NCBI GenBank assembly: GCA_029717555.1
Contig: JAMDHS010000044.1
Coordinates: 62,001-126,000 of the forward strand
Length of the DNA: 64,000 nucleotides
Reading direction: 5' to 3'
From: Peribolospora baueri
Lineage: Eukaryota
In this document: positions 36,201 to 53,181 of the stretch, piece by piece
How positions within the stretch are numbered: the first letter of the stretch is position 1
Layout of the letters: every line of letters begins with the position of its first letter
The notes under the pieces: model-generated
Databases searched by the model: none
Seen by the model: the letters and a program-made list of their open reading frames with translations, nothing else
Told to the model about the DNA's origin: nothing
Position numbers and translations under genes: made by a program

Positions 36201-39200
36201 CGGCGAATAACAGGCGCGCGGATATGCTGCGGGAGAGGGGTGCTCTAGTGAAGCGCTTTACTCAGCTCGTGCTCCCCACCCTCGTGGAGGTGTACGCCGC
36301 CAGCGTGGCCATGAACACCAGGAAGTTGGCCGTGTTGGGCATGCTTAAGATTGTCAGCTTCGTCGAGCGTGACGCGCTCCTGGATGTTTTGAATGTGAGT
36401 ATCGGTATCTGCTTCGTCACTATCGAGGCGCTCACTTACCGTTGTCTGTCTTATCGGTGATCAGGACGTGTCGTTGGCAAGCTTCCTCGGCAGCATCCTT
36501 TCATCCAAGGACGACGATTCGCTAGTCACTGGCGCACTTCAGATGGTCGAGCTCCTTCTTATCCGGCTCCCAAGTACATACGGGCCGGCCTTCAGGCGCG
36601 AAGGTGTGACACACGAGATCGATAATCTTGCCGCGCAAGAGCTGTCTTCGGAGAGACGTCGTAAGGAGGCGAACGAGCATGCACGCGGGGCCAAGGCGGA
36701 GGCATCGGCGTCGGAGCCGAAGGTAGATACCACTCCGGCCAAGACGTCGCCAACTGACGATACCTCGGCTGTGTCTTCATCCAATCCTGGAGCGACTTCC
36801 ACTCCTGTCCCATCGAGCGCCATCGCAAGCCTTGCCTCGGCTGTCTCTGGTAGCGAAGCCATACGCTCTAAGTCGTCGCGAGGGCTTGAAACGCCGGAGG
36901 AAGCGAAGCAGAGGATTCGCGACTCGAATATCTGCCGCGCCCGCCTCATCAAGTCGTGTTACTTCGGCGGCAAGGGAAGCTCGGCCGAATCGGATATGCT
37001 GCTGGAGATGAAGAGGCTTGTGGCGCGCCTATCCGGCGAGGCAGAAAATGACTGCAGCGTGGCTCAGCAGACGTTGTCCAATGTCGCAGCGCTCTTTGCT
37101 AGCGATGACAGTCCCACTGGCTTCGAACTGACGCAGAGCGGTCTGGTTGAGGGCTTGTACTCTTTTGCGACTCGGACATCCGATGAAGGTAAGCGCTCAA
37201 AATCAAATATTTTCCACTGAGACGCTCATTGGGGAAGTCCCAAAGCTCACCCGTCATCTCCTTTCGCTGCCAGTCCCTCTGTCGTCTCGCCGTCGCATGC
37301 TGCTCAACGCTTTCATGACTGCCGACCCTACTGGGACAGACGTGGCCAGCGCGTTCAACACGCTCGTCAAGAAGCTGCAGGACAACCTCGGTCGTCTCGA
37401 ACGCTTCGAGATCGTGACCGCTCTGGGTACTACAGGCGAGGACAAGCGCTCGTCCACCTCGATGCTCGCCAGACAGCTCCGTCTCAAGCTCATGGCCGAC
37501 GATCCCAACGGCGTACCAAGAAGCTGCACCAACGTCATCGTGTCCATCCACGCTATCGCGACGTTCCAGGCTCTTCATGACTATCTTCGCCCCAAGATCG
37601 CTGCTTCTTTGTCGGGCGAGCTCGGCGGTGGGCCTAGGCTCTCAGGGGTGCTCGCCGCCTTCGCGGCTGCCACTGGCCTGCCGGCGAATGCTCTCGCGGG
37701 GCGTAGCGCTACTTTGGGCGCTCTCACCGACGCTGTTGCCGGCTCCTCGCCAGGAGCATCCACGTCTGCTCGTGCGCCGACCACGTCAACTGACGCAGAG
37801 GCTGGATCTAGCTCGCGACAGGAGAAGACCGAAACGGCACCGCGCAGGCGTAGCTCGAGGCTTTCTGGAAGGACGAGCCCAGACGCGGCCGAGGCTAATA
37901 ATGCCACTGGTGTGTCGGCCGAGTCGCAGCAGGATGTGAGCGGGGACGGAGAGGAGGACAATGAGGACCAGAGAGCTGCACGTGCCTTGCTAGAAGAGTA
38001 CATGCGCGAAGGATTGGATGAGGGCTTCTCAGACGAGGAGTACGAGGATGATGTCTTCGATGACGGATTAGACAATCATCCCCTTCCTGGCGAAGGCGCC
38101 GGGGAGGATAAGACGGTGAACCTGGAGCCGCCGGCGGAAGGCTCCAAGATGGAAGCTAGGACGCCCGACGGCACTCGCGTGGCCACGCCTATGACCGAGC
38201 CTGGCCCGTCGACCGGAGCTAGAGGTACCGCTCCGGCTGCTCCTCGCCGCTCTTACTCTGCCGCCCTGCAAAAGAAGACGACGGATTGGCACTTGGAGAT
38301 CACAATCGAAGGCCAGCCGGTCAGCCTTGACACCACCGTCTACGGTGCCGTTCATCAGATCCACTCGAGTGACCCTTCCGTCCGTCAGGCCAGCTTCTGG
38401 ACCAAGGTCTACAATGTCAGGTATAAGAGGGTGCCGGGGCCGCCTCCCGCCGCTACCCCTCAAGACACTCCTGAGCCGGCCGAGGTCGAACAGACATCTG
38501 CAGTCGTATTGCCATCGTCTGTCTCGCCCGAAGCTCCGTTCGCGAACATCCTGCAGCTGCTGCGCGTCCTGTACGAGCTCAACGTCGAATGGCGAGAGTC
38601 GTATCATTCATCGTCGGTCGCTGGAGTACCGGCAGTCCCTCCACCTCTACCCGAAACGGCGTTCGTCAACAACAACCTCACTGCCAAGCTGAACCGGCAG
38701 CTTGAGGAGCCCATGATTGTCGCAAGCTCGTGCCTGCCGCATTGGTGCCAAGATTTTCCGCAGTACTTCCCCTTCCTCTTCCCCTTCGAAAGTCGCTACG
38801 CGTTCCTCCAGTCGACCTCGTTCGGTTACGCTCGGCTCATCAATAAGTGGCAAACCCAGCAGGCGCGCTCGCAGGACAACGCGAGCCGGCGGGACAACAG
38901 CTGGGACTATCTCGGTCGTCTCCAGCGCCACAAGGTGCGCATCTCTCGTGAGCGCTTGCTCGAGTCGGCGTTCCGCGTGTTCGAGCTATATGGCGCCTCG
39001 TCGTGGGTGTTGGAGGTTGAGTACTTCGATGAAGTCGGAACCGGTCTCGGCCCTACGCTCGAGTTCTACTCTCTCGCCAGCAAGGAGTTCGCGCGCAAGG
39101 ACCTCAAAGTGTGGCGGGGGAGCGAGGAGGCGACGACCTCGGATTACGTGCACGACCCTCGAGGCCTCTTCCCCTCTCCCGCGGTGGAGGAGGACACGGA

Positions 39201-40353
39201 GAGCGAGGTGGCCAAGCGGCGCGACACCGTGTTCCGTACTTTAGGCCAATTCGTCGCCAAGGCGCTCCTTGACTCGCGCATCATCGACATCCACTTTAAC
39301 CCCATCTTCATGAAGCTCATCTTGGGCCAGGCCGTGCCGCGCACCATCGCTACTCTCAAGCACGTCGACCCGAGTCTGGCCGCCTCGCTTCAGCAGATGC
39401 AGAAGTTCGTCGACCGCAAGCGCGCTATCGAAGCGGATGCATCCATGGTTAGTCAACGCTTTTTGACCATTATGGCGCATCCCTTGGGTTTGTTCTGACG
39501 TGACTGCGGCTTTGCTTACTACCCTTCGACAGGCCGATACGGAGAAGAGGGCAGCTATCCAGGATATCAAGATCAATGACGCAAGTGTGGATGACCTGGC
39601 GCTCGATTTCACGCTACCGGGTTACGACATTGAGCTGCGGTCCGGGGGAGCGGAGGAGAGCGTGACGATCGACAACATCGAAGAGTATATCGCTTCAGTG
39701 CTCGACGTTGCGCTGTATAAAGGCATCCGTCGTCAGATTCGCACTTTCCGCCACGGGTTCAGCATGCTTTTCCCCGTGCGGGACTTGCAGTGCTTCACTC
39801 CCGAAGAGTTGGTGATGCTGTTCGGCAACGGAGACGAGGACTGGAGCGTAGAAGGTGAGTGAGAGGTGTTGGGCCATTGCCTCATGTCTTTGCGTAGCTG
39901 ACCTCGTGCCCTACGGTTTGACAGCTCTGGCTGAAGCGATCAAGGCCGACCACGGGTTCAACAAGGACTCGAAGTCCATCCGTGACTTGATCGAGATCAT
40001 GTCGTCGTACGATGGTGCGAGCCGCCGCGAGTTCCTCCAGTTCATCACTGGAAGCCCCAAGTTGCCGATCGGAGGTGAGCGAGCGAGCGAGCGTGGCTTG
40101 AGAAAGGGTGACTCTTTTTCTTTTGCTGACGTGATTGTCCCCTTTACCCTGTGCAGGCTTCAACGGTCTCAACCCGTCGTTCACGGTAGTGCGCAAGCCG
40201 CACGAGCCGCCATTGGGCCCGGACGACTACCTACCATCGGTCATGTCGTGCTCGAACTACTTCAAGCTACCAGAGTACAGCTCCCTGGAGGTGATGAGAG
40301 AGAAGATTCGGACGGCGATGCAGGAGGGCAAAGGCTCGTTCCACTTGTCGTGA
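33274..40353 (+). CDS. UFD4: HECT E3 ubiquitin ligase UFD4/TRIP12 family (ARM repeats + HECT; multi-exon)
   Basis: Motifs [78 protein letters not shown], and catalytic [16 protein letters not shown]...GSFHLS. Confidence 0.96.
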
Positions 40354-41644
40354 GGCCGTGCCGCGCGCACTCGCTTGCGCATGACCGCCTTTTTTTTTTC
40401 CTTCTTTTCGTTCAGTTTCGTCACATCACCCTTCGTCCATCATTACACTCTCCCGGCCAGTTTCCCACCTTGGCCGTTGTTTTCTTTCTTTCGGTCTCGC
40501 GCTCGGTGTGTAACTCGACCTGTCTGTCATGACTCTCCGCTTCCCTCGACGCTTTCTCCGTCCCTGTTCGACCATGCCAACCTGTCCTGTCCAAAAAGTC
40601 CATCCATGTCCCTGTCAGTCAGTCCATCGGTCGGTCACGCCCACGTCATCTCATCTCATCTCATCGTTCGTCCCGTGTGCTGTCCATGCAATCCACACAT
40701 GTCCTTTTCGATAGACGTTTTTGACGCCGCCCTCGTCGGCCGCGCCGGAAGACTTCGTGTGCGAAAAACGCCGTCGGCAGCATCGTGAGACGGAAGCTCG
40801 CGAGGGAAAAGACGAGATGGACTGAGCGATAATGAGAGAGGCTCAGCCCCGAAAGATGGTTAACGTTTTCGGCATCATCGCTGCCGCTCCGAGAGCGGAG
40901 AGCTAGCCGAGATGGTTAAGGTTATGCATCCTCGCCTCGTCCGTACGACAGACAGAGCAGTCGTATCGACGCGTCGTCGTTGTAGACCGTCGACGCACGC
41001 GGTTAACAACAAACAACTTCAGCGAAAGGGCGACGATCGATTAGATTATATCGATTATTAACATCGGCCCGAGCGGGAATAGAACCGGCGACCTCGTCGA
41101 ATTCAATTCCACCACCCCCGCCTTGCGCTGCTTATTAAACAGCAGCTACGCCACCGCTCCGCATCTGCGTCATGCAAAATAGAGACTGTTACTAACATCC
41201 GTCGTCGTGCCATCGCGCCACGACCATCCTCTTTCGTTCTATACGAACGCACGCACGCACGCACGCACGCACGCACACACGCCCCTCCTTCCTTTCTCCC
41301 GCGCTCGTCGGCCCGTAGAGTCACAGCGTTTCATATAGGCAGACCACACGTGTCAAAGCGTTTCGGCTCGCCGAATCAGGACAGACAAGACAAGGACGAC
41401 AACACGCGTCTCACTCGCGTGGGAGAGAGAGAGAGCGGGCATGACGGGCGTCCCCAAAGTCCCTTCCTGTCCGGACGAACGAACGCCGTCGCGGGAGCCG
41501 AGGCGACACCATACATAGTACGTATGTATGTACACACAAGAGCGTCGCCTTCTCCCGCACCCGCGACTCCATCCGACTCCGCTCCGCCGCCGCTCGCTGG
41601 GCTCGCCGCTTGACGCTCGAAGCCGACGCCCGCCATCGCCGGTG

Positions 41645-47117
<5,473 letters not shown>

Positions 47118-47387
47118 CCGTCGACGGGGAGCCGTGCGTTGGGCGACGTTGGATCGTCTCTGACGGGGGAGGAGATGGTGGTGGTGATCGTGGAGATGAA
47201 GATGGAAGCGATCACCGCCGTCAATGAGTGGGTCAGCAAGAGTCAGCAGCCAGACAAAAGAAGTCGACTCCGTCCTCGACGATCCGCTCGACCCGCACAG
47301 AACACAGGCCGACGGCGTCTCACTCTCACCCAACCACCGCGACACACGCACGCACAAACCCGTCGGCGGGAAAAAGGAACGGCGCGC

Positions 47388-47397
47388 GTCACGTGAC
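47388..47397. promoter_or_regulatory. Perfect palindromic E-box GTCACGTGAC upstream of UBP12
   Basis: 10-bp palindrome about 270 bp upstream of the first ATG; a bHLH (Cbf1/USF-type) site by inference. Confidence 0.4.
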
Positions 47398-48965
47398 ATC
47401 CACGTATGCATGGGCACACACGGCGACACGCGGACGTAGCGTAGCGAGCTGCCAACTGGATGGATAGATGCGGCGATAGGCGCGTTTACCCACCGTCGCT
47501 CTTCTTCTTCTTCTTCTTCATCACCTCGCTATCGCCCGCCTCGCTCTTCCTCGCCCGCTCCCACAGCAGCACCACGCACCATGGGCGAGCAACGAAGGCG
47601 AGCAACGAACAACGAGCAACGAACGACGAACAGCGAACAGCGACCACAAGCCAAGCAATACACTCCCTTCCCTTCCCTTCCCTTCCCTTCCCTTCCTTCA
47701 CGTCCTTCTCCTTCCTCCTCCATCCAGTCCGCTCCTGACACTCTGGGACCACAGGCTCATACAGCCCACCTGTCTCCCTCATTTTGTGGCTAGCGAAGAT
47801 TGCAGAAAATCGGGGGGCATTTGTTTGTTCCCCTTTTCTTGTCCCCGGTAGACACCGCGCCCTCCTGTCTCCCTCTTCCCGTCATCCACCTCTTCCTTCC
47901 TAGCGGAGGCGGAGGTGGAGGCGGTGGAGGCGGAGGCGGTGGGTTGCGCGGTCACATGGGTGGGGCACATTTTTTTTCTTTCCTTCGCTTCTTCGTACTC
48001 GTAACTACACATACCCGTCCCGGCGCGAAATATTCCATTGAACTCGACCGATCGATACGTGATAGAGGGACGAACGAAAGGGCGGGAGGGGCACATGAGG
48101 GACGAAGGAGGAAGGAACAAGAAAAGAAGACGAGACGAGACGAGCCGAATGGCCTGTGTAGGTAGATGGTGGGAAGAGAAGGAACACGACGAGACGCACG
48201 CGGCGATGGGCGGACGGACGGAAGGGAACGCAGGCGACGGGACGGACAAACACATGTCATCATGAGCCGAGTCGCCCCCGGGGACGAGAAATCGGCGAAA
48301 CGGAAAACGGAGGGACGGCGACCGGCGGCGGAGGTGGAAGGAAGGAAGGGGCGGCGAACGCTGGGCGAAGGAAGGAAGGAAGGAAAGGGTGGGGGAGAGA
48401 AACAAGAAAATAAAAGACGGACGGACGGACGGCAGAAAGCGTTCACGTGGAAAAGACGAGGGGGGAATAGAGAGCGAGAAGCCGAATATCGAAAGGAGGA
48501 CATGTAATGACATAGGGTGCATCTGACACCACCACCGCCGAGCCGACGAGAAGACGTCTCTGTGCCTCTTCGCCCACCGTCCGTCCGTCCGTCATCCATC
48601 CCTCCCATCCATCCATCCCGGATCCGCTCGCCCGAACGTACGAGCGAGACGAGGCGGGGCGCCGTCGGCAAGGGCGAAAGCGAAGCGAAGAAGGAATGAC
48701 GGAGAAAAAGAAAAAGAAAAAAAAGCTGAATACGGGCCAGGGGGAGGGGGGGTGATCTGATCGAATCCGCATCCGATCCGTCTATTGAGGCGAACAAAGG
48801 TCCATGGAGAAAGGAAGGGGCAGGGCGGGGTATCCATCCGAAGAGGCGAGGTAGACAGACAGACAGGGCGCGGGCATTTCCGAGCCGATCGATGGATCGG
48901 TCCGGTCCGATCGACGTTGAACGCGAGGTCCTGCCCGCATTCTTACTGTGGAAGCGGTCGCTCTC

Positions 48966-51900
48966 TCACTTCTTAGCCGTCTCCCGGGCGGCCTTGATGA
49001 GCGGAGAGAGGGTACGAAGGCTTTCGGCGCGCTTGAGGAAGGCGTGCTCGAGCAACCCGAGTGCGGTCGGTCGCTTCTCTGCGTCGACCTCGAGACTAGT
49101 TTTGAGAAAGTCCCTAAAAAGGGAGCTCAAGTTCTCCGGGTTGTTGATCTTGGGCGTGCCGTTGGTGGCGATGAGGTATAGAGCCCGGAGCGGGTTCTCG
49201 TTCAGGTACGGTGGTTCGCCTTCGACCATTTCGATGCACATGATGCCCAAGCTCCAAATGTCGACCTTGGGGCCGTACTCTTTGCGCGTCACGACCTCGG
49301 GCGCCATCCAGTACGGCGTACCCACCATCGTCGTCCGCTTCATCTGGGACTCTCCGATCTGTGCGCAGAAGCCAAAGTCGGCTGTGGGAGGCGGAGGCAG
49401 AGTAAGCAAGGTTAAACACGAGTCAAGGGCACGACGACCAGGACGTGCGACTCACTCAATTTGATATCCCCAACCATGCTGAGCAGCACGTTGTCGCTCT
49501 TAATGTCGCGGTGTATGACGCCATGGGCGTGCAAGTGAGCAAGACCTTCAAGGACCTCTTTGCTAACCGCTGCAATCTGTCCCTCGGTCATGATGTTGCA
49601 CGTGACAACGTCGGTGAGCGATCCACCTTCCATATACTCCATCACCACCCAGAGGTCGCCCTTGTAGAGGAACGAGTCGATAAAGTTGACAATGTTTTTG
49701 TGTGTCGACTCTTTCATCACGAGAATCTCGTTGATAATCAGGTCCTTCTTCGGCTGCTGCTCCAGGTTCATCTGCTTGATCGCCACGGACAGGTTCGTGC
49801 CGACTTGGTACGCGGTATAGACGCCACCGGACGCGCTGTGCGGCCGAAAGAGGATGGCATGGCATGGATGAGCATGGCGGACGTGAGATGATGACGCGCG
49901 CCGACTCACCCCTGTCCAATCTTGACCAAGTTCCTGTACAGCTTCGTCGGGTCGGCGTCCGTGCAGATGGCCTGCAAGCGTGCGATCACGTCCGAGTCCT
50001 TTAGGGTCGACTTCTTGTTCTCCCGCCTCCTCGGCGTCGCTCCCGGTCCCGACGCCGGGCCCGGCGCCGCGGGTCCGGGCGTGATGGTGGCCTTGGTGGG
50101 AGGCGCGCCTGGGGCGGCGGGGGCGTGCTTGGTGACCGACTTGGAGGCGCCGACGCCGGCCGAGGGGGACTTTGCTGCTGCGGCGAGGCCAGGGGCACCA
50201 GCGACCTTTTGGGACGCGGACCGGTCGAGCTTGGATTCGAGGGGAGACTGGGTGGACGGCGTTCGGGTGGAGTAGGATCGGTCGAGAGGCGACCTGGCGG
50301 CGGCGGGAGAAGGCGAGGGCGCGGGTCGTGCGCTAGGCGGCCCACTGGGAGCGGGGGGCGGAGGCCGGACGGCCGCGGGAGGCCCTTTGCGTCCTCCAGG
50401 AGGCGGCGGGGGGGCCGCTCGCTGGTGGAGAACGAAGGAAAGCTACCCGGGTAAGCGATCCTCCAATGGCTCGAACAAACTCTATCTTCGCCTCGACACA
50501 AGGCCCCACTCACCGGCTTCTCATACAGGCTCTTGCCTCCAGCTCCTCCGCCCTCGATGTCGACGCCGACGCCGGCACCGCCGCCGCTGCTGCTGGCACT
50601 CCTCTCCCTCGACAACGGCTCGCCGCTCCCGACGGTGGTGCCGGGCCTGCTGGTATCGCTGCCCATCGACGGCGACGTGGCGCTGATGCTAATCGGCGGA
50701 AGTTGTTGATGGGCGGCCTTGGCGCCGCCGAACTTTTTCCAGACGTCGTGGTCGCCGCCCATAGCGGCGGTATCTTGGTAGAAGGCGACTATGTCCATCA
50801 CCGCCTGCGGGTTGGCCTCTTGCTCCTGCTTGGAGATGCCCGACTCTTGGAGGAGCTGCTGCCATTCTTTGGGCAAGCCCTGGAGGGGGGGAGAGAGGGA
50901 GGAAAGAGGTCGGTTCAGTGGGCGGTCGTCGGGTCGTGGGACGCGATGGAATGGGCGGGGGGCTCACGGTGAACTCTCCGGTGTCCGAGTTGAAGCCGAC
51001 GTGAGTGAGGTGAACGGGATCGTAAGGCGAAGAGATCTGGACCTTCTTGGGTTGCGAAAAGGCGTCTGCAAGAAGAAGAATAGGAGAGATGAGAGACGAT
51101 CATGCGTAAAAGGGGAAAGACGAAGCGAGGGACTGACCGCTCATGGAGCTGACAAAGTTGCCAAAGACGCCCTTGAAGCTCTTGCCTCCGTCGGCGCCGC
51201 CCTTGGAGCCGGAGCCCCTGGTGGTGTAGGCGGGGCCTGCGCTGTAGGGGGGCGAGTCGTAGGGGTAGGTGGCGCTGGCGGGAGCGCGAGGGCCAGGGGA
51301 GTAGCCGTCGTTCTCGGCGGCGTCATAACCGGGGGCGGAGGTTACGGTATTGTAGGACTGGTAGACGCTGGCGCTCTGGGGACCGCGGGCCCAGTCGGGG
51401 AGGCCCTGGGGCGGGTCGGAGGGCCTGGGAGGGGCCTGTCTGGGCATGGTGCCGTAGTAAGGGGAGGAAGACGAGGCGGCGGCGGCGGAGGCGGGCGGGG
51501 ATCGGTAGGCGGGGAAGGAAGAGGAGGAGGAGGAGGAGGGTGTGGCGGACATGCTAGGGGCACGAGGGGGAGGAGGAGGGATGGAAGGTGTGCGAGAGGG
51601 CAGGGCGGCGTGGTGGTCGCGAGGAGAGGCAGGGACGGGCTGAGAAGAAAAAGAGGGGAGGACGGATGAGCGGCTAGGACGGCGGGGCTGTTGCTGTTCC
51701 TTTTTAGGAGGCGGAGGTGCGCTGCGCTGAGGGATGAGGTTGAGGTCGAGGTCGAGGTCGTCGTCGATGGCGGCGTCGGCGTTGTTGTTGCCATCGGCTC
51801 GTCGGTAGCTGAGATGGTGGTCGACGGTCGAGGCGGAGGCGGAGGCAGAGGCAGAGGCAGAGGCGGAGGCAGCGGCGGAAGAGCGGGGGGCGGCGCCGTT

Positions 51901-51975
51901 GAGGGAGTAGGGCTGTGCGCCGGTGAAGTCGTGAGGATGGCGAATGAGGGAGGGTCGTGAGGAGGGAGAGGTCAT
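48966..51975 (-). CDS. STE20: PAK-family kinase Ste20/Smu1 (CRIB + kinase, no PH domain; multi-exon)
   Basis: [33 protein letters not shown]; kinase motifs [50 protein letters not shown] and [12 protein letters not shown]. Confidence 0.95.
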
Positions 51976-52687
51976 GGTGGAGGAGGGAGGGAGAGAAGAA
52001 GGGGAGAGGGAGGAGGGATGGATGGGGAGACTGTGGGATGGAGGAAGGTGGATGGGAGAGGAAGGAAGGACGTCACGGCGACGCTACGCCGGGAGGAAGC
52101 GGGCGAGGGCGATAAGGAAGGGGTGGGACGATGGTGGTGTTGGTTTTGGTGTTGGTGTGGTGTGTGTGATGTTGGGTGTGGTGTTGGCGTGACGAGGTCT
52201 GATGAGGTCTGATGTGGTCTGATGAGGTCGAGGTGGGCCTGCAGGACGTCGCGCAACGAGCGTGGAAGGGGGATGGGCGGAGGCGGAGGGGAGGCGAGGG
52301 AGCGTCGTCGGTGGTGAAAGGGCGTCGTGGTCGTCGTTGGTGGTGGTGGTGGTGATGATGGTGGTGAGTGGGAGAAGGACGCGGACGTAGACAGGGTTAT
52401 GACGAGGACAAGCACGAGCTCGTGGACCGTTGGTTGGTTGCTCTGCCTCTGCCACGGACGGACGACGACGAGCGACGACCACCGTGTGCGCCGCCCACCG
52501 ACGCCCACTCCACCGACCACGCCGTGCCAGAGAACTCCCGCCGCAGCATCGCCGCAGCAAGCCGTGCTCGCGCTTACAACCCCGTTCTAGTCCCCTCTAT
52601 CGCCCGCCCTTGTCGCCGTTGCAGTTGATCACGTGCACATACCACCTGCGCCGCAGCTGGCATCTCGCATCTGGCTTCGCGCTACCT

Positions 52688-52697
52688 AGGGTTAGGG
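52688..52697. promoter_or_regulatory. Telobox-like AGGGTTAGGG in the STE20/RGD1 divergent promoter
   Basis: gctacctagggttagggcga seen directly; binding by a Myb/telobox factor is inference. Confidence 0.35.
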
Positions 52698-53181
52698 CGA
52701 CGCGGGCGCGCGTCGAGGAGAGGCAATCCATTCGGTTGGCGTGCTGCTGCGGCACTCGGCCGGCGTCGTGGAGCGAGCGACGAGACTGACGAGCCAAGAC
52801 GACGGCTGGAGTGGGATAGAGAGATAGATAGTTAGTTAGATAGATGGACCTTCGGTCCGTCTGAGCACCACTACCACTCCACTTGCCTTCTCTCTCCCTC
52901 CCACCAACTCCTCTTTCTCCCTCCCTTCCTCCCCACACCGGCTCCGACGTGGCCGCCCGCTTTCCTACCACCACCGACGGCCCGCGTACGAGTCGGACGA
53001 TCGTCACAAGCCAGCTCACATCCCTCGGAAAGAAGATAGGAAGGAAGGAAGGAAGGAAGGAAGAAAGGAAGCACGGTTGGAAAGAAGGAACGAACGGACG
53101 ACGAACGACGAACGAAAAACGACAAACGATAAACGATAAAACGATAAACCACAAACCACAAACGAACCCGCTCCAATCCAA

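Noticed and set aside
40890..41150. Intact tRNA gene
   Set aside because: The A-box-like and B-box-like parts are on opposite strands, the T-stem has a mismatch, and no matching 5' acceptor strand is present.
48966..51975. Mating-type locus (STE20 is MAT-linked in some basidiomycetes)
   Set aside because: No pheromone precursor, STE3 receptor or homeodomain gene was seen in the window.
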